This document shows positions 25,265 through 31,832 of a stretch of DNA of 31,832 bases, piece after piece. The notes under the pieces are model-generated. The model was not told where the DNA came from, did no database searches, and worked only from the letters and a program-made list of their open reading frames with translations. How positions within the stretch are numbered: the first letter of the stretch is position 1; every line of letters starts with the position of its first letter. This DNA is from a virus. Lineage: Duplodnaviria > Caudoviricetes. The stretch is from IMG/VR virus record IMGVR_UViG_3300020442_001876, positions 1-31,832 of that record; one strand, 5' to 3'. The translations under genes and the position numbers were made by a program.

Positions 25265-25492
25265 ATGAAATTTGTATTAGTATTAACAATTTTAAGCGTT
25301 TTCAGTGATTTAAACCTAAATATTGTAACAAATAAGACGTTTGATACATTAGAAGAGTGTTTAGATCATGAAATTCATATAAATTCTGTGGATTTCAATT
25401 TTGGACTAGTATGTATAGATGACTGGGATTTGGAAGAATTCAATAAGGATATTCCTACAATATACTTGTCAGAGAATATTTTACCAAAATAA
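25265..25492 (+). CDS. Small putative exported protein with two Cys
   Basis: MKFVLVLTIL signal-like start; FDTLEEC...LVC. Confidence 0.6.
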   Translation: MKFVLVLTILSVFSDLNLNIVTNKTFDTLEECLDHEIHINSVDFNFGLVCIDDWDLEEFNKDIPTIYLSENILPK

Positions 25493-25521
25493 TTGACTTT
25501 CGTGTAAAGTTGTTGTATATT
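25478..25521 (+). promoter_or_regulatory. Sigma70-type promoter with upstream ATTTTACCAAA box
   Basis: Box 25478-25488; TTGACT 25493-25498, 17 bp, TATATT 25516-25521. Confidence 0.7.
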
Positions 25522-25550
25522 GAACACAACATTATAACAAAGGAGTAATA

Positions 25551-25817
25551 ATGATCATGAGTAAAACAAAAGCAGTTGGTACAAAATTCTTTTCAGAAGG
25601 TACCCAAAATCAAAAAATCTTACAAAACTACTGGGGAACTGGTAAAACATTTACCACTTTAGATCTTAAGAAGAAATTAAAGATCGCTTCACCTGGTGCT
25701 AGACTTACAGAATTAAGAGAAGCTGGCTTTAATGTAAAAGTTAGTTCAATCGATTCTGGTAACGTAGGCAGACCAGCAGTAGCTTACTCTATTCCAAGAA
25801 GAAGAGTAACTGTATAA
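25551..25817 (+). CDS. Winged helix-turn-helix DNA-binding protein
   Basis: FTTLDLKKKLKIASPGARLTELREAGFNV...VAYSI; AAGGAG RBS. Confidence 0.75.
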   Translation: MIMSKTKAVGTKFFSEGTQNQKILQNYWGTGKTFTTLDLKKKLKIASPGARLTELREAGFNVKVSSIDSGNVGRPAVAYSIPRRRVTV

Positions 25818-25862
25818 ATTTAACCAAAGTAGGTTGAAATAATCTAAATTGTGTGCTACAAT
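25818..25862 (+). promoter_or_regulatory. Sigma70-type promoter with upstream ATTTAACCAAA box
   Basis: Box 25818-25828; TTGAAA 25834-25839, 17 bp, TGc-TACAAT 25857-25862. Confidence 0.7.
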
Positions 25863-25897
25863 GTATAAAATTAACTTATTATGCGGAGTAGCACATA

Positions 25898-26359
25898 ATG
25901 ACAATGCATCTAGCAAGAGGGCTTACTACTGTAAATACTAAGAAGCCCAAGAAGAAAAAGCTCACCCCTGAGCGAATAAAAAAATATCAAAAATCTTTGA
26001 AAGACCATAATAAACACATGAGACGTATAGGTGCTCATGATTTACAGATGGATTTAGAGCAGTACATTGCTTACTGCCATGGTGAACACAAACCGAGAAG
26101 AAAAGCCGCTCCAGTTGCGGATTGGTATCATGAAGGCGGTACAGTTTGGGAACGTCCAACAATAGATGCACCAAGCCTTAACAGTGACAAGTCATTTGCA
26201 CCGTGTGTAAAAAAAGAATCAATACAATACACAGGTGAAAGAAGATTAGTAGGTATAGCAACTATGCACAAAAGTAATATGGTTCCTGTATTTGCTGATG
26301 AAGACGATCGGACAGGATCGAAACAAGCAACTGAAATCGCAAAAATGAGGAGAGGATAA
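25898..26359 (+). CDS. Conserved hypothetical myophage protein
   Basis: C-terminal YTG..LVGIATMHKSNMVPVF...ATEIAKMRR motif recognised from T4-like phages. Confidence 0.7.
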   Translation: MTMHLARGLTTVNTKKPKKKKLTPERIKKYQKSLKDHNKHMRRIGAHDLQMDLEQYIAYCHGEHKPRRKAAPVADWYHEGGTVWERPTIDAPSLNSDKSFAPCVKKESIQYTGERRLVGIATMHKSNMVPVFADEDDRTGSKQATEIAKMRRG

Positions 26360-26538
26360 TGTTCCAAACAAAAGAACAAGCTACCGAATGGGCACTTGAT
26401 CAACTAAAAAAATACGGGATCAAGCAACCTTATGAATATTCTGAAAAAGAGCTTCGTGCTTTAAATCCGGATATTCCTGAACAGTTTATTAAAAACCATG
26501 TGGAAAAAAGGAAGGAAAAAACTAATGTTAGTGTTTAA
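26359..26538 (+). CDS. Small hypothetical protein (59 aa; absent from the ORF track)
   Basis: TAATG coupling with GGAG upstream; MFQTKEQATEWALDQLKKYGIKQPYEY... Confidence 0.65.
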   Translation: MFQTKEQATEWALDQLKKYGIKQPYEYSEKELRALNPDIPEQFIKNHVEKRKEKTNVSV

Positions 26539-27145
26539 AGAATTCTACCACCATTGTAAATATATTATGAGGTTGATGATCACATTCATCGTCTTTGTAT
26601 TCTACGGTTTTTGGATGGTACCTATAAGTTGGGCCCAGGCCGTGACTTTAATGAATGCAGTAGAAGGTGAACTATATACTGAAGTTTCTCACCCTCAGCT
26701 ATACTGTTTGGCAAAGAACATATACTTTGAATCCAAATCAGAGCCTATAGCTGGACAATATGCCGTCGCGGATGTTGTTCTTAACAGGGTAAAAGACACC
26801 AGATTTCCAAATACAATTTGTGACGTTGTATATGAAGGACCTGTGAGAGAAAGTTGGAAAACACAAAAGCAAAAGGACTTGCCTGACTCAGAGAGAGTTT
26901 ATATACCCAAAAGAGATCGATGTCAATTTTCTTGGTGGTGTGATGGTAAGTCTGACAATATAAAAGATAGTGATTCCTGGCGCAAATGCCAAGAGATTGC
27001 TTACAGGATTACTAATGAAGGTAAGCATCGTGGAATCACTGAAGGTGCAACTCACTATCATGCAACTTATGTCAATCCAAAATGGGCACCTACTTTGGAT
27101 TTGATTGGCAGAATAGGAACACATATTTTTTACAGATGGCGATAA
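26525..27145 (+). CDS. Cell wall hydrolase SleB (Hydrolase_2) with N-terminal membrane anchor
   Basis: CLAKNIYFES...AVADVVLNRV...FPNTICDVV...CQFSW...GATHYHATYVNPKW...IGTHIFY; start uncertain. Confidence 0.93.
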   Translation: MLVFKEFYHHCKYIMRLMITFIVFVFYGFWMVPISWAQAVTLMNAVEGELYTEVSHPQLYCLAKNIYFESKSEPIAGQYAVADVVLNRVKDTRFPNTICDVVYEGPVRESWKTQKQKDLPDSERVYIPKRDRCQFSWWCDGKSDNIKDSDSWRKCQEIAYRITNEGKHRGITEGATHYHATYVNPKWAPTLDLIGRIGTHIFYRWR

Positions 27146-27786
27146 AATTAAAACACATAATACTTTACCTTGGGCTGTGGATCCTAACAACTTCTTCAGC
27201 CTATTATTTTGGAACGTATAAACCAAATCAAAAAGTAATAGTAGATCTAACAAATAAGATAGCATCAGAGATTCAGAAAGACTATGCACAACACAAGTTA
27301 TTTGAACCTGAGATAATTTATACTGATAATGAAAGTTTTATGAGGGCAGTAAATAGTTGTGTTGATTTTGTTAACTTGACAACATCACCTGCTAATAGAA
27401 TACAAAAAGATATCATAATTGCAATGGCTGTTATTGAATCTGGTTATGGCACAAGTAGATTTGCAATACAGGGTAATAACTTGTTTGGCATTAGAACTTG
27501 GAACAATAATGAAGCTCAAATGAAACCTAAAGATAACCCAGATGCTGAATGGGGAGTTAAAACCTATATTACTAAATGCAAATCTGTCGCTGATATGATT
27601 AGTATTATAAACAGACTTGAAGTTTACAATGCATTTAGGTTAGAACGTCAACGGCAGTTAGAAGAAGGCATTGTCGATCTTGATCGAATGATAGATCATT
27701 TAAGTGCCTGGAGCACCAATCCAAAATATACTGCTCTTGTCAAAGAAAAAGCAAAACAATCAGCTGAACTATTTTCCAAAAATTAA
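27136..27786 (+). CDS. GH73 glucosaminidase (Bax-like) with N-terminal anchor
   Basis: AMAVIESGYGTSRFA..GNNLFGIRTW; WSTNPKY. Confidence 0.88.
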   Translation: MAIKLKHIILYLGLWILTTSSAYYFGTYKPNQKVIVDLTNKIASEIQKDYAQHKLFEPEIIYTDNESFMRAVNSCVDFVNLTTSPANRIQKDIIIAMAVIESGYGTSRFAIQGNNLFGIRTWNNNEAQMKPKDNPDAEWGVKTYITKCKSVADMISIINRLEVYNAFRLERQRQLEEGIVDLDRMIDHLSAWSTNPKYTALVKEKAKQSAELFSKN

Positions 27787-27830
27787 TTTTACCAAAAAAC
27801 ATTGACTTTAGTATTGTGCTATGTTATAGT
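27786..27830 (+). promoter_or_regulatory. Sigma70-type promoter with upstream ATTTTACCAAA box
   Basis: Box 27786-27796; TTGACT 27802-27807, 17 bp, TGt-TATAGT 27825-27830. Confidence 0.72.
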
Positions 27831-27868
27831 GTATACAATACTAACGAAAAGGCTCATAAGGAGGCATA

Positions 27869-28027
27869 ATGGAAACGTTCAATAAAGTAAAAGATTTTCT
27901 TGTCCAAGAAAAAGACAAGATAATAGAGTATCAGACACAGTCGTGGGCTGATGCAAAGATTCAACTGGCAGACAACCAAGAACAGATTACAGAAATGTTC
28001 AACAAGGTTGTTTCAATCTTTAATTAA
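27869..28027 (+). CDS. Small hypothetical protein (52 aa; absent from the ORF track)
   Basis: AAGGAGG RBS; METFNKVKDFLVQEKDKIIEYQTQSWADAKIQLADNQEQITEMFNKVVSIFN. Confidence 0.7.
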   Translation: METFNKVKDFLVQEKDKIIEYQTQSWADAKIQLADNQEQITEMFNKVVSIFN

Positions 28028-28037
28028 GGAGGCAATA

Positions 28038-28523
28038 ATGAAAGGCATAAAACTAGGATTAGCGATTGGTGCAGTTACACTAATGAGTGCTTGTTCAACT
28101 ATGACAGAAGTTGAAAAAAGAACTTCGTATGCAATGCCCAAGTGGTATGAAAAATGTCAAGAAGCTGGAACTGATGGTTGGTTCTGGTGGAAAGAAGAGT
28201 ATGTTTATTCCTGTGGTGCAGGTGTAAGTGTACATCATCAAGCGGCAGAAGAGGAAATGAAAGCATTTGCTTTGAATGCCTTAGCACAGAGAATTAACGG
28301 CACTGTTGATTCAGAGACAATAGTAAAATTTAACGGTCAAAAGAAAAGTTCTACAACAATAATTAAACATATTGTGCCTATGACTACTATTAATGAGTAT
28401 GTTCAATATGAAACTTCATGGTACGAGCTTAATGGTCAACACTATAAGTTTGTAAGAGTAAAGATGAAGAAAGAAACTTTTGATACACTTAAATCTCAAG
28501 CTCAGCTAAAGAACAATGCATAA
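28038..28523 (+). CDS. Lipoprotein, LPP20-like
   Basis: AAGGAGG RBS; lipobox MSAC; PKWY...GAGVS...ALAQRINGTV. Confidence 0.72.
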   Translation: MKGIKLGLAIGAVTLMSACSTMTEVEKRTSYAMPKWYEKCQEAGTDGWFWWKEEYVYSCGAGVSVHHQAAEEEMKAFALNALAQRINGTVDSETIVKFNGQKKSSTTIIKHIVPMTTINEYVQYETSWYELNGQHYKFVRVKMKKETFDTLKSQAQLKNNA

Positions 28524-28845
28524 AATCCTACTCCTTATTGGAGTAGGCCTCATTGTTACTGCATGTAGCTCTGCTCCTAAGTATGCAATAAATGAAAATA
28601 ATTATTGCTCTACAAAACAAAACATTACTGTAAAGAATGGTGAGCAAGTTGATAGTATCACTAAAATAGAGTGTGACGATTCAACTGTGAAAATATTTGC
28701 TAAAACAACAGGTATATCAGATGACTGTACAAGATACAGACAAAGATATCTTAAAAACGGAAAGACTAGAAATGCTAAAGGAATTTATTGCAAAATGCCG
28801 GGTAGCGACAGTTGGGAGCTTATTGAGCCTCCTTTGCCTCATTAG
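28516..28845 (+). CDS. Lipoprotein, Cys-rich hypothetical
   Basis: MHKILLLIGVGLIVTAC lipobox; four further Cys. Confidence 0.75.
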   Translation: MHKILLLIGVGLIVTACSSAPKYAINENNYCSTKQNITVKNGEQVDSITKIECDDSTVKIFAKTTGISDDCTRYRQRYLKNGKTRNAKGIYCKMPGSDSWELIEPPLPH

Positions 28846-29227
28846 CACAGGCTGTTCAACCCAAAATCAATACTATGGGCAATTCACTACTGCTGATAGA
28901 ACCCATTCTGGCAATTCACTTTATCACTTGTTAGGTAACGGAATAAAAAATAGTGCTTATTCTGTGCCAAAAAAAGATAGGAATAGGCACCAAAAATGTG
29001 TTTATTTTGTATTAGATAATTTAGATGCTGGTGAAGGTTGTACTTGGTATAGTCCAGACAATAGTGCTAAAGGTGTAGTAGCTATTAGAATGATTTATCC
29101 ACAGGATAGCAAAATGTGTCATGTATTATATAATACTGTACATTACAAAGGAAAGCATAATAGTTGGCAAGATACTGCCTGTTATAATGCCGTGAGAGAT
29201 AAATGGACATTTATTTCAAAAAGCTAA
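28772..29227 (+). CDS. Lipoprotein resembling 17-kDa surface-antigen (RT0821/Lpp0805-like) domain
   Basis: LISTGC lipobox; LDN..AG...WYSPD..AKGVV...Y......C......V...G......TACY....KW; start uncertain. Confidence 0.6.
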   Translation: MLKEFIAKCRVATVGSLLSLLCLISTGCSTQNQYYGQFTTADRTHSGNSLYHLLGNGIKNSAYSVPKKDRNRHQKCVYFVLDNLDAGEGCTWYSPDNSAKGVVAIRMIYPQDSKMCHVLYNTVHYKGKHNSWQDTACYNAVRDKWTFISKS

Positions 29228-29243
29228 TCCAGGTAAATACTAC

Positions 29244-31076
29244 ATGTTCTTAGCAGTTTTGACATTAATCACTGCATTATCAATTAGTGCAGTTGCTATA
29301 TATTACTCGGTAGCAGGTTTAGTAGCTATTTTTGCCGCGGCCGCAGTACCAATCATGATAATGGGCGGTACTTTGGAGATAGGCAAACTGGTGACAGCAG
29401 TATGGCTACACAGACATTGGGAAAGGGCTACTTGGTGGCTCAAAACCTATTTAAGTATAGCAGTAATTGTTCTCATGGTTATCACGTCTATGGGAATTTT
29501 TGGTTTCTTATCTAAAGCACATATTGAGCAAACTTCTGCAAGTACTGAGTCTATAGAAAAGATAGAAAGACTTGATACGGAAATCAACAGGCAAGAGCTT
29601 ATTATTACCAAAGCTGAACGTAAAATAGACGAAGCTGAAAACCAAGGTGCTAACAAAAACGACACAATCCAAGACCAAATCGACAGAGAACAAAAAAGGA
29701 TTGATACTGCCTACACACGAATTCAGCCATTAGTTGCAGAACAACAAAAAATAATCCAACAAGAAACAGAAAGAAAAGATAGTAAGTTAGATCCCTATCT
29801 TGCACAAATATCAAGTATAGACGAAGACTTGGCTACACTTTCAGATTTACTTAATCGACGAGATAGTGAAAGCATAAGACGTTTACAAAGTATAGTTGGA
29901 ACAAGAGTAGACGGCACTTATGGTAGTAGAACTGCAAAACAAGTTGAAAATTATAGAGAAGGTTTAATTGCAAAAAGAGAAAGCATTCTACTCACTGTTC
30001 AAAAACTAGAAGAAAAAGATTCTCCTATAATTAAGGCCGCAAACGAAGAAATAAAAAGACTTCGTGATATAGCTGAAAAAGAAATTGCAGACTCTAATAA
30101 AGTAATAAACAAATTGCGTTCAGAAATAGGTAGTGTTTCTCCAGATAACAACACTGCACTGATAGAAGAAAATTTGCTTAAAATTAAAAAAGCAAATCAA
30201 GAAATAGATACGTTAACAGAACAAAAATATTCTTTAGAAGCTGAATACAGAGCTTTAGAAGCTGAAGTTGGACCTATCAAATATATTGCAGAATTTATTT
30301 ACGGTGAAGAAGCAGATAGGGATTTACTAGAAGAAGCAGTGAGGTGGGTGATTATCATTCTTATAGTTGTATTTGATCCATTAGCAGTATTATTGCTAAT
30401 TGCAAGTCAATATACTTTTGAATTCGCCCGTCCCAGGAAATCCAATAAAGAGACTTGGAAAGAGTATGAAAAAGCTCGTGCTGAAAAAATAGTTGCAAAT
30501 TCTAGTTTTGAAAAGGAAGAAAAAAATGATACACAACCTATTGACGATCCAGTTCCTCAATCTGAAAATGATAGATCAGATGATGGGAACGAAGCTAGAG
30601 ACGACTTACAAGAAATTAATGTGGCAGACGATGAATCAAATAGAGAAGCCAATAATGAGGCAAGTGTTCCAGAACGGGAGACAGTGGAGGAAGATGAAGG
30701 ACAGGTTTCTAACACTACCCCATTAGACCCAGGTCATATTGCAACCGGTTATAGTGAAGCATGGGACAATCACAACACCAAAACAGAACCTGAACTTATT
30801 CCAGCACAACCAGATCCAGTGCCAGAGCAGGTCGAAAAAAAAGAGTTATCGTCGGAAGATTATCGATTAACAAAAGAGGATCTTGATGCTCTTGATGAAC
30901 TAGATGATTGGAAAGAGGCAAAACAAAAATGGAAAATAGATAATCCAGGAGAAGAACTTAAAAATTACAAAACTTGGTATTTACAAGGTAAAATAGATAA
31001 TCTTCCTTGGGAAAAATATCTTAAAGACGATGACACAGTTCTAAAAAAAAAGAATTTGAAAAAGGATCAAGAATAA
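29244..31076 (+). CDS. Membrane protein with long coiled coil, embedded PG-binding-like motif and acidic tail (possible -1 frameshift extension to 31171)
   Basis: Three N-terminal TMs, TSMGIFGFLSKAH, IRRLQSIVGTRVDGTYGSRT, EAEVGPIKYIAE, VVFDPLAVLLLIA; TAAATA 4 nt before the ATG. Confidence 0.8.
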   Translation: MFLAVLTLITALSISAVAIYYSVAGLVAIFAAAAVPIMIMGGTLEIGKLVTAVWLHRHWERATWWLKTYLSIAVIVLMVITSMGIFGFLSKAHIEQTSASTESIEKIERLDTEINRQELIITKAERKIDEAENQGANKNDTIQDQIDREQKRIDTAYTRIQPLVAEQQKIIQQETERKDSKLDPYLAQISSIDEDLATLSDLLNRRDSESIRRLQSIVGTRVDGTYGSRTAKQVENYREGLIAKRESILLTVQKLEEKDSPIIKAANEEIKRLRDIAEKEIADSNKVINKLRSEIGSVSPDNNTALIEENLLKIKKANQEIDTLTEQKYSLEAEYRALEAEVGPIKYIAEFIYGEEADRDLLEEAVRWVIIILIVVFDPLAVLLLIASQYTFEFARPRKSNKETWKEYEKARAEKIVANSSFEKEEKNDTQPIDDPVPQSENDRSDDGNEARDDLQEINVADDESNREANNEASVPERETVEEDEGQVSNTTPLDPGHIATGYSEAWDNHNTKTEPELIPAQPDPVPEQVEKKELSSEDYRLTKEDLDALDELDDWKEAKQKWKIDNPGEELKNYKTWYLQGKIDNLPWEKYLKDDDTVLKKKNLKKDQE

Positions 31077-31163
31077 AACCGGATCTGACTACAGTAATTG
31101 AACCAGAAAGCTATATACAAAATAGCGAACAGTCTGATAAAAGTATATGGCGAAAAATAAACA

Positions 31164-31553
31164 ATGAGTGATATTAACATAATAACACCACCCGATATTT
31201 TACACAACAAAAATTTTTCAGTATTCTTATTATATCCCAGTTTGTACGTAAAAGAACAATTCCAAGAAATACTTACAAAAAGCAAGAGTAGATTTAACGT
31301 GTATATGTATCAAGATCCAAACGGACAAGATATAGACTGGGTTTTGAATGTGCATAAATTGAGCCAAATAGTAATTTTGGATTTGGATAATCTTCCCCCA
31401 TTTTGGAAAAAATTAGAATCATATTTGGTAAGTTTTGGTAACACTTACTACTTGACAAAAGCCGAAGAAATAATGTATAATAAGATTAGTGCGAATAGAA
31501 TATTTGCAGTAGAAGAAATTGAATCAAAACTCGGAGGTAAATTTGAGATTTAA
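31164..31553 (+). CDS. Hypothetical protein
   Basis: 129 aa ORF starting MSDINIITPPD. Confidence 0.7.
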   Translation: MSDINIITPPDILHNKNFSVFLLYPSLYVKEQFQEILTKSKSRFNVYMYQDPNGQDIDWVLNVHKLSQIVILDLDNLPPFWKKLESYLVSFGNTYYLTKAEEIMYNKISANRIFAVEEIESKLGGKFEI

Positions 31554-31803
31554 TACTAAAAGAAAATGGAGTAAAGATAACTATACTCCAGGAGACGGTA
31601 TTACGGTAATTGTCCGTAATAACGATGTTAATGCCGCTTTACGTAAATTTAAGAAAAAAGTACAAGAAGCAGGTATTATACAAGAAATAAAAGAAAGACA
31701 ATGTTACGTCAAACCAAGCGAAAAGAAAAGGAAAGCAAAAGCGGCAGGTAGAGCACGATGGCTGAAAAAACAAGCCAAAGAAAAAATAGATCGTGGATAC
31801 TAA
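31543..31803 (+). CDS. rpsU: Ribosomal protein bS21 (phage-encoded) with N-terminal extension
   Basis: VIVRNNDVNAALRKFKKKV...GIIQEIKERQCYVKPSEKKRKAKAAGRAR; TTG 31543 behind GGAGGT. Confidence 0.92.
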   Translation: MRFNTKRKWSKDNYTPGDGITVIVRNNDVNAALRKFKKKVQEAGIIQEIKERQCYVKPSEKKRKAKAAGRARWLKKQAKEKIDRGY

Positions 31804-31806
31804 GCC

Positions 31807-31832
31807 ATGGCAATGCACACCGAACTTTGGTT
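31807..31832 (+). CDS. Start of the next gene, truncated by the window (MAMHTELW...)
   Basis: ATG 3 nt after the bS21 stop; only 8 codons visible. Confidence 0.4.

Larger units (their letters stand above)
1..31832. mobile_element. Fragment of a large lytic dsDNA phage genome (T4-superfamily/jumbo-like), probable alphaproteobacterial host
   Basis: Co-oriented tightly packed genes; recurrent TAAATA late-promoter-like motif; T4 capsid-targeting-like N-termini; tail beta-helix protein; nrdAB/grx, SleB, exonuclease, bS21 and tmRNA scattered among hypothetical genes; no bacterial housekeeping operon structure. Confidence 0.9.

Noticed and set aside
30834-30843. Other A-runs or A_AAA_AAG heptamers (30835-30842, ~1569, ~16121) as frameshift sites
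   Set aside because: Mid-gene positions; the -1 frame at 30835 closes after a short stretch; such runs are expected by chance in AT-rich DNA
163-31285. Numerous 60-130 aa minus-strand and alternate-frame ORFs in the track (e.g. 1034-1360, 3597-3899, 11298-11597, 19877-20104, 22233-22541, 23506-23829, 26888-27289, 30493-30726)
   Set aside because: They lie within well-supported genes or the tmRNA, lack RBS or motifs and read as shadow ORFs

Overview
AT-rich, densely coded segment that is almost entirely on the + strand. It reads as part of a large lytic T4-superfamily/jumbo-type phage of a probably marine alphaproteobacterium. The host call is inferred from the two-piece permuted tmRNA with a GGCGGUA T-loop and from alpha-type prs, NifU and zf-CHCC genes. 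From left to right: a five-gene NitT/TauT(THI5-like) ABC importer + IPNS-family 2OG-Fe(II) oxygenase + arylsulfotransferase-like operon; prs; an inverted class-3 lipase pair; a TAAATA-driven late/virion module whose proteins often start with T4 capsid-targeting-like peptides, including a pol-beta-type nucleotidyltransferase next to an RNA-ligase-like protein; nifU, exonuclease, pyrF and a beta-helix tail protein; nrdAB-glutaredoxin; Sm-like and Hc1-like proteins; tmRNA; a cell-envelope cluster (SleB, GH73, three lipoproteins, a membrane coiled-coil protein); and ribosomal protein bS21. The most notable observations are: (1) a candidate virion-packaged NTase + ligase RNA-repair pair; (2) a complete phage-borne import/oxidation/sulfotransfer operon; (3) a tmRNA tag lengthened by an in-frame hairpin; (4) two identical A9G sites at gene ends that suggest -1 frameshifting; (5) apparently leaderless late mRNAs; (6) hairpins overlapping promoters or ribosome-binding sites. 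All functional calls come from motif recognition by eye; no database searches were run.
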